64,000 nucleotides of DNA from Pirellulales bacterium (GTDB lineage Bacteria; Planctomycetota; Planctomycetia; Pirellulales; UBA1268), in assembly GCA_041746715.1 (NCBI GenBank), contig JBGTGN010000023.1:12245-76244 (forward strand), read 5' to 3'. Shown here piece after piece: positions 55,179 through 64,000 of this stretch. Positions within the stretch are counted from its first letter, which is position 1. Each line of letters starts with the position of its first letter. A program made the position numbers and the translations under genes. The notes under the pieces were generated by a model that was not told the DNA's origin, did not search any database, and saw only the letters and a list, made by a program, of their open reading frames with translations.

Positions 55179-55907
55179 TCATGAAATCGCCCAGCCAACC
55201 CACGAGGCATGACCGGGCGGTGGGCAGACCACCTCGATCGGCTGCGTTGTGTCTGGATCGGTGAACGTGATCCGCCAGGCGTGAAGCGAGATCGGTGATG
55301 ATCGCTGGTCGGATTCAGGGGAGCCTTCGGCACTGCCATAAAGAACATCGCCAATCACGGGCATCCCACGGGCCGCCGCCTGAATGCGGAGCTGGTGCAT
55401 GCGTCCGGTGAGCGGCTCAAGCGCGAGGAGTCGCTGCTGGTCACGCGAGGCAATCACGCGACCAGTTGTGATGGCTTCACGAGCACCAGGGCTTCGGTCG
55501 AGAACAACCTCGGCCCGCGGCGTATCCGGAACCTTGCGGATCAGGTCTCGCCATTCCAAGCGGTGGCCTTCGGTCATGCCTGAATCCTGCGAGGCGACAA
55601 TCGCAAGATAGGTCTTGGCAATCTGCCTACGCTCGAACTGCCGCGAGAGCTGCCGGGCCGCGCGGGGTGTTGTGGCAAGGAGCAGAACGCCTGAGACGGC
55701 CCGGTCGAGTCGGTGCGGCACGCCAAGGAAGCCGCCCGGGTGCCGCCGCTGCCCGGCCGCGAGAGCGACCGCCAGGGGCTCACCAAAGAGATGCTCGCGG
55801 ATCATTGACTCGACCGACGCGATGCCGTGTGGCGCCTGCGTAGGGAGGCCAGCGGGTTTGGCGATGGCGAGCACGCCCGAGGCGTCGTGCAGAATGGTGA
55901 TCGACAT
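55179..55907 (-). CDS. RluA-family pseudouridine synthase
   Basis: LAIAKPAGLPTQ and the catalytic-Asp motif VPHRLDRAVSGVLLLA. Start ATG 55907 (MSITILHD); alternative 55946. Confidence 0.85.
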   Translation of the reverse strand: MSITILHDASGVLAIAKPAGLPTQAPHGIASVESMIREHLFGEPLAVALAAGQRRHPGGFLGVPHRLDRAVSGVLLLATTPRAARQLSRQFERRQIAKTYLAIVASQDSGMTEGHRLEWRDLIRKVPDTPRAEVVLDRSPGAREAITTGRVIASRDQQRLLALEPLTGRMHQLRIQAAARGMPVIGDVLYGSAEGSPESDQRSSPISLHAWRITFTDPDTTQPIEVVCPPPGHASWVGWAIS

Positions 55908-56082
55908 GGGTGTTTGTTCGCGGTTGTCAGCGGGACAGGCCGTCACGCACTATGCTGGAGACCCTACGATTGTGGTCACCGGCTGGAACAAGGTGCTGAT
56001 CCCCTTCTGCCTGAGGACAGCACGAAGCAGCGCATGCTCCCGCGGGGTGACCAGAAGCCCGAAACCACGTCGGAGTTTCTTT

Positions 56083-57579
56083 ATGCAGCGTCCTATCATG
56101 GTTCTTGGTGCGGCTCTTGCCTGGGGGGCCGTGGCTTCGTCCGTGTGTGCCACGAACGTCGTCTTCATCATGGCCGACGATCTCGGCTTTATGGACGTGG
56201 GGTTCAACAATCCAGATACGTTTTACGAAACACCCCGCCTCGATGCGCTTGCCAAGGCGTCGGTCCGGTTCACGGCGGCATACGCCGCCTGCCCGGTTTG
56301 TTCGCCGACCCGCTCGTCGATTCTCACCGGGCAGTACCCGGCACGAACCCGGAATACCGATTACTTCGGCGGCCCGAATGGTTTTGAGACGATCCCTGAA
56401 TCCTATGACCCTGAGCGGGATGGCCAGTTCGGTCGGTTTGCGAGTCGGCCAGTGCTCCCTGCCCCCTATCTCAAACGTCTCGCGTCAGGGCATACGACAC
56501 TTGCCGAGGCGCTCCGTGCTGCGGGCTATGCCACCCTCCACGCAGGCAAGTGGCACCTTGGCGGTGAAGGTTCTCTCCCGACGGATCACGGTTTCGACCT
56601 GAACATTGCCGGCGCGAGCGGAGGCGCTCCTGTCGGAGGGAAGAAGTATTTCTCGCCGTATGGCAATTCTGCCCTGCCCGACGGTCCACCGGGCGAGCAC
56701 CTGCCCGATCGCCTCGCGACCGAGGTTGCGTCGTTTATCACGGCACACAAAGGCGATCCATTTTTCGTCTACCTTCCGTTCTACTCGGTTCACACGCCCC
56801 TGATGGCCCCGCCCGATCTCGTAGCGAAGTATGAGGCGAAGCGACAGCGGCTTGGACTCACGTCGCGGTTTGAAGAGGAGCCACCGCGAGAGAATCGCAT
56901 CGTTCAAGACCACGCGGTGTATGCCGGCATGGTGGAAGCCATGGACTCTGCGATCGGCAAGGTGCTCGACGCGCTCGAGGCCAATGGCGTGGCTGATGAC
57001 ACGCTCGTCATCTTTTTTTCCGACAACGGCGGCGTTTCAACATCCGAGGGTTTCCCTACCGCCAACCGTCCCTACCGCGCGGGAAAGGGCTGGATGTATG
57101 AGGGGGGCATTCGCGAGCCGCTGCTCGTTCGCTGGCCCGGCAAGGGAAAGGCGGGGGCGGCCTGTGATGTGCCTGTGATTTCGACCGATTTCTACCCCAC
57201 GATTCTCGATATCTGTGGCCTCGCTCCGATCCCGAAGCAGCATGTCGATGGCGTCAGTTTTGCCTCGCTCCTCGAGCAGCCAGACGCAGACCATGCGCGG
57301 CCACCGCTTTTCTGGCACTATCCGCACTGGGGCAACCAGGGGGGTATTCCGTCGTCGGCGATTCGTGATGGAGACTGGAAGCTCATCACGTTTGCGTGGA
57401 AGAAATCACCCGAGCTCTATGACCTTGCTGACGACCCTGGCGAGCATCACAACCTCGCTGGTGAACGGCCCGACAAGCTGGCTGACTTGACCCGGAAGCT
57501 CGACGCATGGCTCGAAGACACCCGGGCGATTCCGCCCGCGAAGAATCCCCATCCGAAAATGCCCTTTGAAACATGGTGA
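56083..57579 (+). CDS. Sulfatase (Cys-type, arylsulfatase A family), exported
   Basis: ATG 56083 gives MQRPIMVLGAALAWGAVASSVCA. NVVFIMADDLGF, FGly motif CPVCSPTRSSILTG, GKWHLGG, FFSDNGG. Confidence 0.9.
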   Translation: MQRPIMVLGAALAWGAVASSVCATNVVFIMADDLGFMDVGFNNPDTFYETPRLDALAKASVRFTAAYAACPVCSPTRSSILTGQYPARTRNTDYFGGPNGFETIPESYDPERDGQFGRFASRPVLPAPYLKRLASGHTTLAEALRAAGYATLHAGKWHLGGEGSLPTDHGFDLNIAGASGGAPVGGKKYFSPYGNSALPDGPPGEHLPDRLATEVASFITAHKGDPFFVYLPFYSVHTPLMAPPDLVAKYEAKRQRLGLTSRFEEEPPRENRIVQDHAVYAGMVEAMDSAIGKVLDALEANGVADDTLVIFFSDNGGVSTSEGFPTANRPYRAGKGWMYEGGIREPLLVRWPGKGKAGAACDVPVISTDFYPTILDICGLAPIPKQHVDGVSFASLLEQPDADHARPPLFWHYPHWGNQGGIPSSAIRDGDWKLITFAWKKSPELYDLADDPGEHHNLAGERPDKLADLTRKLDAWLEDTRAIPPAKNPHPKMPFETW

Positions 57580-57585
57580 GGCGGT

Positions 57586-59244
57586 ATGACGGAATTACGA
57601 CGATCATGGACCGTGGCGATCGTGGTCTTGTGTTTGGCTTGCAACACCGTGGCTCACGCCGAGCCGCTTGCTGCCGAGGTGGTCGTGTATGGGGATGCCT
57701 CCGGGGGTGTGACGGCGGCCGTACAGGCTGCTCGAATGGGCAAGTCGGTCATCCTCGTCTCGCAGGATGGTCACCTCGGCGGCCTGACGTCGAGCGGCCT
57801 GGGCTGGAGCGATATTGGCAACGACGCGATCCTCGGTGGCCTTGCCCGCGACTTCTATCGTCGTGTGTATTTCCACTACCAGCGGGCGGAATCCTGGACG
57901 CACGAGAGCCGGGCGCAATACCGGAATCAGGGGCAGGGCGTGCCGGGTTTGAACCCGAAAACCGAGCTTGCCAGTGTCTTCGAACCGAACGTCGCGGAAG
58001 CTGTCTTTGATGCGATGGCCAAGGAAGCCGGTGTCACGGTGGTGAAGGCGCGGCTCGACCTCGACAAGGGCGTGGCGCGGTCAGGAAACCGTATCACGGC
58101 TCTTCGTCTCGAGGATGGCACCGAGATTCGCGGGAGCATCTTCATCGATGCCTCGTATGAAGGTGATCTGCTGCCCGGCGCCGGCGTGTCGTTCGTCGTG
58201 GGCCGTGAGTCAAACGCGGAGTTCAGTGAACAGGGGAATGGTAACACTGGTGTCGCCCGGAAGAACCAGTTGCCCGATGGGATCGACCCCTTTGTCGTGA
58301 AAGGCGATTCTTCGAGCGGACTTCTCCGCGGTGTTCTGCCGAATGCCGGTGGCAAGCGCGGGGATGGCGACCATCGTCTCCAGGCCTATTGCTACCGGAT
58401 GGTGCTCACCGATGTGCCTGGAAACCGCGTGCCGATCAAGAAGCCGAAGGGCTATGACGAGGCGCACTACGAGCTTCTGTTTCGTGCGATCGAGGCTGGC
58501 CAGACAGGCGGGTTTTTCAAGACCTCACCGATGCCCAATCGTAAGACTGATAGCAACAATACCGGCGGCATCTCCACCGACTTCATTGGCATGAACTATG
58601 GCAATGATTGGAACTGGGCAACGCTCGATCACCGCGAGCGGGAAGCTCTTGCTGCCACGCATCGCGACTGGCAGCTCGGCCTGGTGTGGACGCTCCAGCA
58701 GCACCCCCGCGTGCCGGAAAAGATTCGTGCCTCGTATGCCGCATGGGGGCTTCCTCAAGACGAGTTTCTCGAGAACGGCCATTGGCCCTACGAGCTCTAT
58801 GTCCGTGAAGCACGGCGGATGCGGTCTGATTTTGTGATGACGGAAGGGCACTGCAAGCGACAGCAGCCGGTTGATGATCCGGTCGGCATGGGCGCCTATG
58901 CCCTCGACTCCCACAACACCCAGCGGTTCGTCCATGATGGCATGGTGAAGAACGAAGGTGACATTCAGGTGTCACTCGGTGGCAAGCCCTATGGCATCGC
59001 CTACCGGTCGATCGTGCCGCGAGAGAGCGAATGCGAGAACCTTCTCGTGCCGTGGGCTCTTTCAGCGACTCACATCGCCTTTGGCTCGATTCGTATGGAG
59101 CCTGTGTTCATGGTCCTGGGGCAGAGTGCGGCGACAGCAGCCTGCCTGGCGATCGATGGCAAGTCGACCGTTCAGGCCGTGCCGTACGAGGCGCTACGCG
59201 AGCGGCTCGTCGCGGACGGCCAGCGGCTCGATGCCAGGCCATGA
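57586..59244 (+). CDS. FAD-dependent oxidoreductase (exported, PF12831-like)
   Basis: Signal WTVAIVVLCLACNTVAHA, then dinucleotide-binding VVVYGDASGGVTAAVQAARMG. It starts 6 nt after the sulfatase stop. Confidence 0.75.
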   Translation: MTELRRSWTVAIVVLCLACNTVAHAEPLAAEVVVYGDASGGVTAAVQAARMGKSVILVSQDGHLGGLTSSGLGWSDIGNDAILGGLARDFYRRVYFHYQRAESWTHESRAQYRNQGQGVPGLNPKTELASVFEPNVAEAVFDAMAKEAGVTVVKARLDLDKGVARSGNRITALRLEDGTEIRGSIFIDASYEGDLLPGAGVSFVVGRESNAEFSEQGNGNTGVARKNQLPDGIDPFVVKGDSSSGLLRGVLPNAGGKRGDGDHRLQAYCYRMVLTDVPGNRVPIKKPKGYDEAHYELLFRAIEAGQTGGFFKTSPMPNRKTDSNNTGGISTDFIGMNYGNDWNWATLDHREREALAATHRDWQLGLVWTLQQHPRVPEKIRASYAAWGLPQDEFLENGHWPYELYVREARRMRSDFVMTEGHCKRQQPVDDPVGMGAYALDSHNTQRFVHDGMVKNEGDIQVSLGGKPYGIAYRSIVPRESECENLLVPWALSATHIAFGSIRMEPVFMVLGQSAATAACLAIDGKSTVQAVPYEALRERLVADGQRLDARP

Positions 59245-59248
59245 TCCC

Positions 59249-59977
59249 TCACGACATTCCTGTGTGGGCGGCGGCACGATCGCGATCGCACCTGCGACAC
59301 TCCAGAAACCGGTAGAAGGCCAGGCGTCGATGGATGCCGCAGTGGGCGACCCGCACGTCGGCAAAGAACCATCGCAGCACCGCCTCGATCTCATCGGCAG
59401 TGTTGACGTGCTCATGCCGCATGAGCACCTGGTAGTCGAGGCCGTATCTCAGGCGAAACTCGGCTCCCGTCAGCGCCGTCCCGAGACGCCAGAGAATCGT
59501 TCCTTCATTCGGTATCGCGACCCGAAGAACGCCATTGTCTGCGAGCACTAAGCCAGCACAGGCGACGACGTCGGGAAGCCGTTCGAGGTGCTCGAAGGTC
59601 GCGATCGATACGATGCGATCGTATCGTTCGGTGGCTGGCACGTTGGTGATGTCGCCATGGATATGCCGCACACGATCGAGCCATGGCGAATCCTCGTAGA
59701 GCCCGCGGAACGGTTCGACGATGTCGTAAGGCTCGCCATCGGGCTCATAGGGAAGATGGTTGAGCGTGCCGGCGCCGATTTCGAGCGTCACTGGACGCCC
59801 GCCGCGTGCGACATCAGCCGCGACCTGCCGATGCATCCATGCCTCCATCCGGCTCGAAAGGCTCGTGGTGCGATAGCTCGCCTGGCGATTGGCCTTGTAG
59901 TGCCGCTGGTAGATGGCCTGGTAGGCGGCGGGGAGCGGTGGCCTTGTCTTGGGGTAGCGATCGAGGATGGCGTTCAC
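59249..59977 (-). CDS. Class I SAM-dependent methyltransferase (tentative)
   Basis: VTLEIGAGTLNHL (motif I-like), YDRIVSIATFEHLE, LADNGVLRVAIP. Confidence 0.65.
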   Translation of the reverse strand: MNAILDRYPKTRPPLPAAYQAIYQRHYKANRQASYRTTSLSSRMEAWMHRQVAADVARGGRPVTLEIGAGTLNHLPYEPDGEPYDIVEPFRGLYEDSPWLDRVRHIHGDITNVPATERYDRIVSIATFEHLERLPDVVACAGLVLADNGVLRVAIPNEGTILWRLGTALTGAEFRLRYGLDYQVLMRHEHVNTADEIEAVLRWFFADVRVAHCGIHRRLAFYRFLECRRCDRDRAAAHTGMS

Positions 59978-59998
59978 GACGCAAGCGCTCCGCGAGGA

Positions 59999-60715
59999 TC
60001 ATGGAGAGGCATGAAACTCCTCCCGGTAGTACCAGTCTCCTCCGAGGTTCTCGAGCGTGTGCGCTGACCGAGTGGCCACTGCCGGAAAGCAGTCGAACAC
60101 GGAGCATGGAAGCGGAAAGAATCGCACGTGCAGGTCGAACGTGTACCGATAGGGGCGTTGCTTCGGCACGACGACGATCAATCGCTCCCGGGCAACGCGG
60201 CGGAGCTCCGCGATCGCTCGCGGCAGATCGAGCACATGCTCGAGAGTGTGTGTGCAGACGACGGTGTCGAAGGCGTGGTCTGGGAAGGAGAGGCCCGTCA
60301 GGTTTTCTTCGCGAAACGTGACGCTGGGATGCCGATGTGCAAGGTCGGGTCGAATGACCATGTCGCAGGCCGTGACGGCGCGGGATGCCGACAAGAGACC
60401 CGCGAGGTGCCCACGGCCACACCCTACCTCGAGGACCGTGCCGATCGCATCGCCGCGAATCCGTGTGATACAGGCATCGTTGAGGTCGGTGGGCCGCTCG
60501 AGGTGCACCTCGGCAGTCTCTTCGTAGACCCGGCGGAAGTCTTCGTCTGAAAGCCCGTGCGCCCGGTCCTTGAAGGCCATGAAGGTCGCCGCGTGCCGCC
60601 CGAAGAGGAGTCGAAACGGAATCGTCATGAACCAGCGGCTATCGCGGATGATCGGTGGAAGGCACTCGTCGAGTACGAAATGAATGAGGAGGGCCGAGCG
60701 TCGGCTGATGGCCAT
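59999..60715 (-). CDS. Class I SAM-dependent methyltransferase (Methyltransf_11-like)
   Basis: VLEVGCGRGHLAGLL (motif I), FDTVVCTHTLEHV, RERLIVVVP. Confidence 0.8.
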   Translation of the reverse strand: MAISRRSALLIHFVLDECLPPIIRDSRWFMTIPFRLLFGRHAATFMAFKDRAHGLSDEDFRRVYEETAEVHLERPTDLNDACITRIRGDAIGTVLEVGCGRGHLAGLLSASRAVTACDMVIRPDLAHRHPSVTFREENLTGLSFPDHAFDTVVCTHTLEHVLDLPRAIAELRRVARERLIVVVPKQRPYRYTFDLHVRFFPLPCSVFDCFPAVATRSAHTLENLGGDWYYREEFHASP

Positions 60716-60751
60716 CAGAGGAGTTTCCGTAAGGTGCCCGTGCCCGGTCCA

Positions 60752-61729
60752 TTAAACCGCTCGCCGCCCGGCATCGGTCCGCGGGCTACCGTTGCGACGC
60801 GCCACAATGTAGACAGGTCGGCCTTTCGCCTCGTCCACGAGCTGGCCGACGTATTCGCCAAGAATACCGAGCATGGCAAACTGCGCAGCAGCAGTAAACG
60901 TGCTGAAGATCATGATGGTTGAGTACCCCGACGGCGGATCTCCGAGCAGCCAGCCCCCAAGGGTGATCACCGCGGTTGCCAGGCTCACCACGAGCATGAT
61001 GCAGGCGGCCATGAAGGCCATGCGAAGGGGAACGGTCGAAAACGCCAACGTGGCATCGCGGGCGAGGCCCACGAGCCGACCGAGTTGATACTTCGACCGT
61101 CCGGCGACTCGCGGCGCCGCCGTGAATGTCAGCACGGCTTGGCGGAATCCCACCCACTGCACGAGGCCCCGGAGGAATCGTGTCCGTTCTCGAATCTCTC
61201 GCTGAAGCACGTCGATAACCGGCCTGCCCACGAGGAAGAAATCCGATGCGTCGGGCTCGAGCGGCAGGGATGCCATGGCCGACAGGCCTCGGTAGAATCC
61301 AGCATTGCACGCCCGGCGAAGCATGCCTCCCGCCGGTGCCTGTCGTCGCATGAGCACGACCTCGTGTCCGGCTTGAGCGAGGGCGAGGGCTTCGGGAATG
61401 ACGGCCGGCGGGTGCTGAAGGTCGGCGTCAAGAAAGACGGCGTAGTCGGCCTCAGACTCGTCGAGCCCGGCGAGCATCGCGGCCTCATGCCCGAAGTTCC
61501 GCGACAGGTGAAGAACGCGAACGCCACGTTCTCTGGCGAACGAGTCGAGCAGCATGGCCGACCCATCCACCGAGCCGTCGTTGACATAAACGATCATGGC
61601 GACGGTGCCTTCGGCCTCGAGCCGCGTGACTACGGTGGTGAGCGCGTCATGAAACGCGAGGAGCGCCGCGTCTTCGTTGTAGACCGAGACGATGATGTCG
61701 AGTGTCGTCTGTCGGCAGTCAGTCTGCAT
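60752..61729 (-). CDS. GT2 polyprenyl-phosphate glycosyltransferase (GtrB/ArnC/DPM1-like)
   Basis: LDIIVSVYNEDA, VYVNDGSVDGS, LSRNFGHEAAMLAGL, VFLDADLQHPP, and two C-terminal TM helices. Confidence 0.9.
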   Translation of the reverse strand: MQTDCRQTTLDIIVSVYNEDAALLAFHDALTTVVTRLEAEGTVAMIVYVNDGSVDGSAMLLDSFARERGVRVLHLSRNFGHEAAMLAGLDESEADYAVFLDADLQHPPAVIPEALALAQAGHEVVLMRRQAPAGGMLRRACNAGFYRGLSAMASLPLEPDASDFFLVGRPVIDVLQREIRERTRFLRGLVQWVGFRQAVLTFTAAPRVAGRSKYQLGRLVGLARDATLAFSTVPLRMAFMAACIMLVVSLATAVITLGGWLLGDPPSGYSTIMIFSTFTAAAQFAMLGILGEYVGQLVDEAKGRPVYIVARRNGSPRTDAGRRAV

Positions 61730-63455
61730 GGCTCACCCCTGAGAGATCATAAAAGGCGTACCGACCGGTACGATCGGCATGGAGCAGGCGTCCGCCTCCC
61801 CTGACAACGACGGCCTCGTGGTCGGTCGCCATCGCTGCGTTCCGATCGACCCACACGTAGTCGAATCCAGCGTCACGAAGGCGGCCGATGAATTCCGAGC
61901 CGCTCACTGGCCCGAGCGACTCGACAAGCGCCCGCTGCCCGGGGCCGAAGATCGGCCAGCTCCAACGAAGGTGACGGGAAAACAGAAACGCTTTGGCGTG
62001 GTCGTAGGGCTTCATCGTGACGTCAGGAGCGTCATTCGGAAACGCCGTCGCAGGGATCATGTAGACGGCAGCATGCTCGCGAGCGTCTCGTTCGATGAGG
62101 GTGATGAACACCTCGAGATCGGCCCGCGTCTCACGGTGACTCGCGGCCTCATGTCGAATCTTATGAGCGGTGTTTTGTTCGATGAGTCCAAAGCCGAGCA
62201 CGGTCGCCGGAATGGCCGCCGCCACGATTCCGCGACCGCAGGACGTCATGCAGGCGTCCAGCAGGCACCCGACTGGCAGGAGCGACAGGATCGCCAGGAG
62301 CGGAAGCACACGGTTGTAGCACCGAATCGTTGGCATCACGAACACGTTGAAAAGCGAGCCGAAGCCCCCCGTGACCCCGATCACCACCAGCACCAGTGCG
62401 CATGTCGCGGCAGCTCTCACGACGGGTGCATTCCGCGGATCACCCGGTGGGCGTATACCGGCGAGCACGCCCAGGCAGATCACGAAGCCAATCGCACCCA
62501 CGGTCCCCAGCTTGGAGAAAGTGCCTTCCCCACTGGGCCACGGCACCCGTTCGACCGCCTCTCCGAGCGACCGCAGGCCCGGTATCGGTGTGACACTGCT
62601 TGGCGTGATCATGTCCCGGATGCGAAGCGCGAACATGTCGGCGTGCTCTGGAAGGCGATCGTTGAGTTCGGAGGGCTTCCCATGCCAGGCCCAGTCGATG
62701 GCGACCGGTGCAAGATTGATGACGGTGCCACAGCCAATGACGATCACGCAGGCCGCTCCCCTGCGGATCGACCCTCGGTGGTCCGTGAGCCACGCGATGC
62801 CGATGGCCGCCACGAGGAGCACGAAGGTAAAGAAGGAGTAGTAGACAAAGCCGAGTCCTACGAGGAAACAGCTCCCAAGCACTCCATACCAGGCTCGCCG
62901 GGTGAGCCCGCGGAGGCCGTCGGAGAGCACGAGAACAGCCGCGGCCGTCGGGATCGGCACGAAGGCAACATGCAGATTGAAGTGACCGACGGAACGATAA
63001 TAGACGTAGGGGATCGTCGCGAAGAGGCAGCCACACACAAAGGATGCCGTGCGGGAGAGGCCCACAAGGCGAAACGCGGCATAGCCACCGGCTGCTGAAA
63101 GCCCGCAGAGCAGAATCCATACGCGATTCAAGAGGGCGACGCAGTCATCCGTCGTGAAGCTGAACAGCCATAGAAACGCTGACTCGAGCGGAAGGTTGAG
63201 GCCGAACGAAAGAAAGTCGCATCCTGACGGCGCGCCAAGGCGATGAGCATGCCATGTCCAGCCATCATCAAGGACAGCCTTCGCAAGCGTGTAGTGGAAG
63301 ACCGAGTCGCCTTTGAATCGGATCGGCCGACCAGCGAGGAGGTCGAATCCACCGCATGACAGGACGATCGTCATGCTCGCCAGCAGTGCCGCACCCAGTG
63401 CCACGATCATGTCGAGCCGCATCGCTCTCGATTCCGCTGGCGCGTGATGATCCAT
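61719..63455 (-). CDS. Large polytopic membrane protein, candidate GT-C-type glycosyltransferase
   Basis: 578 aa, at least 10 hydrophobic segments in the first ~400 aa, then a soluble C-terminal domain. 11-nt overlap with the downstream GT2. The assignment rests on context and topology only. Confidence 0.5.
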   Translation of the reverse strand: MDHHAPAESRAMRLDMIVALGAALLASMTIVLSCGGFDLLAGRPIRFKGDSVFHYTLAKAVLDDGWTWHAHRLGAPSGCDFLSFGLNLPLESAFLWLFSFTTDDCVALLNRVWILLCGLSAAGGYAAFRLVGLSRTASFVCGCLFATIPYVYYRSVGHFNLHVAFVPIPTAAAVLVLSDGLRGLTRRAWYGVLGSCFLVGLGFVYYSFFTFVLLVAAIGIAWLTDHRGSIRRGAACVIVIGCGTVINLAPVAIDWAWHGKPSELNDRLPEHADMFALRIRDMITPSSVTPIPGLRSLGEAVERVPWPSGEGTFSKLGTVGAIGFVICLGVLAGIRPPGDPRNAPVVRAAATCALVLVVIGVTGGFGSLFNVFVMPTIRCYNRVLPLLAILSLLPVGCLLDACMTSCGRGIVAAAIPATVLGFGLIEQNTAHKIRHEAASHRETRADLEVFITLIERDAREHAAVYMIPATAFPNDAPDVTMKPYDHAKAFLFSRHLRWSWPIFGPGQRALVESLGPVSGSEFIGRLRDAGFDYVWVDRNAAMATDHEAVVVRGGGRLLHADRTGRYAFYDLSGVSHAD

Positions 63456-63525
63456 GACAATAAGCTCGGCGTGGCCTCTGATCGGGTGCGGAGGCTAGAG
63501 AAAGCGGGGAGTCTGGTCAACGGCG

Positions 63526-63726
63526 TTGCAGACCTGGTCCCGGGTGATAATTCCTCACCTCACCGTGGAAGACGAAGATGACGTGGCGGAGTCAATGACC
63601 AGAGCGACCGCAGGCCGGCCTGCTTTGGAAATCCTGATCCGGTCGGTATGTGAGGTGGACCCCAATCACGAGGACAATGAGATTACGCTGGAGTGGGTTG
63701 GAGGAGAGTTCTATCCTGAAAAGTGA
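63526..63726 (+). CDS. Small acidic hypothetical ORF (doubtful)
   Basis: Track ORF with a non-ATG start; an internal ATG at 63595 would give 43 aa. No motif. Confidence 0.15.
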   Translation: MQTWSRVIIPHLTVEDEDDVAESMTRATAGRPALEILIRSVCEVDPNHEDNEITLEWVGGEFYPEK

Positions 63727-63747
63727 TCCGCGAAGGAATATTCAGCC

Positions 63748-64000
63748 ATGACGAAAGGCCGCTACCGCCACTTCAAAGGCAACGAGTACACAGTGCTTGG
63801 CACGGCCCGCCATAGTGAGACGCTGGAGGAGCTCGTCGTCTACCGCCAGGAGTACGGCGATCGTGGCTTGTGGGTCCGTCCCAAGGAGATGTTCTTGGAG
63901 ACAGTGAACGGCGTGCCACGCTTTCAGCCCTCGGGATCGTCCAGCCCGAACGTCGGCGAGAGCATCACGAACATCTTCGATGAACTCCCGCAGGAACTGC
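63748..64000 (+). CDS. DUF1653-domain protein (3' end outside window)
   Basis: ATG 63748 gives MTKGRYRHFKGNEYTVLGTARHSETLEELVVYRQEYGDRGLWVRPKEMF, matching my recollection of the DUF1653 signature (YRHYKG..Y...ARHSET.E..VVY......WVRP..MF). Runs off the window end. Confidence 0.7.
   Translation, partial: MTKGRYRHFKGNEYTVLGTARHSETLEELVVYRQEYGDRGLWVRPKEMFLETVNGVPRFQPSGSSSPNVGESITNIFDELPQEL

Noticed and set aside
55615-56082. Upstream extension of the sulfatase ORF (track 55615-57579)
   Set aside because: It is antisense to the RluA gene. The signal peptide and sulfatase homology begin at ATG 56083.
61779-63098. 439-aa plus-strand ORF, and similar ORFs at 54254-55354(-), 45083-45892(-), 39429-40316(-), 43688-44395(+), 50976-52388(+) and 52469-53422(+)
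   Set aside because: All are antisense shadows of well-supported genes, with Arg/His/Gly-rich, motif-free translations.
1-64000. CRISPR arrays, IS elements or transposases, integrases, prophage genes, toxin-antitoxin pairs, rRNA
   Set aside because: I read both strands for regularly spaced repeats and for DDE, tyrosine- or serine-recombinase and phage structural motifs, and found none. The only repeats are the coding LRR periodicity, the GGN tract and the 19-nt pair at 17618-17660.

Overview
This is a visibly GC-rich 64-kb chromosomal segment; I did not compute GC content. It is densely packed with about 58 protein-coding genes and one tRNA (tRNA-His, GTG). I found no rRNA, CRISPR array, transposase, integrase or prophage genes. 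The gene content suggests a Planctomycetota-like organism, but this is inference only: two Cys-type sulfatases, a DUF1080 protein, TAT-signal Gfo/Idh/MocA oxidoreductases, a PQQ-like propeller, an LRR protein, a BBP7-like barrel, and Arg-rich N-termini carrying an LERRxLL motif. Housekeeping genes recognised: rplU, rarA, tex, infA, prfB (with its programmed +1 frameshift, which the ORF track splits), dprA, lysA, glyA, aguB, aguA, gmd and galM. Many long ORFs in the track are antisense shadows of real genes, typical of high-GC DNA, and were discarded. Several track ORFs were trimmed to internal starts. The most interesting signals, in order: (1) A seven-gene co-directional cluster at 9.6-17.2 kb. 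A PspA/IM30 (ESCRT-III superfamily) gene is followed directly by a CDC48/Vps4-class tandem AAA ATPase with a degenerate first module, then a small helical protein, an ABC importer whose substrate-binding protein is membrane-anchored and fused to an OmpA peptidoglycan-binding domain, and a TM plus coiled-coil protein. (2) A full-length Topo VI subunit A / Spo11-like gene at 17.7-18.8 kb, with no B subunit anywhere in the window, followed by a 450-nt structured non-coding tract. (3) Two glycan-modification operons at 48-54 kb and 59-63.5 kb, rich in methyltransferases. (4) A shared non-classical N-terminal motif on two predicted exported proteins. All functional calls come from motif recognition by eye; no database search was possible.
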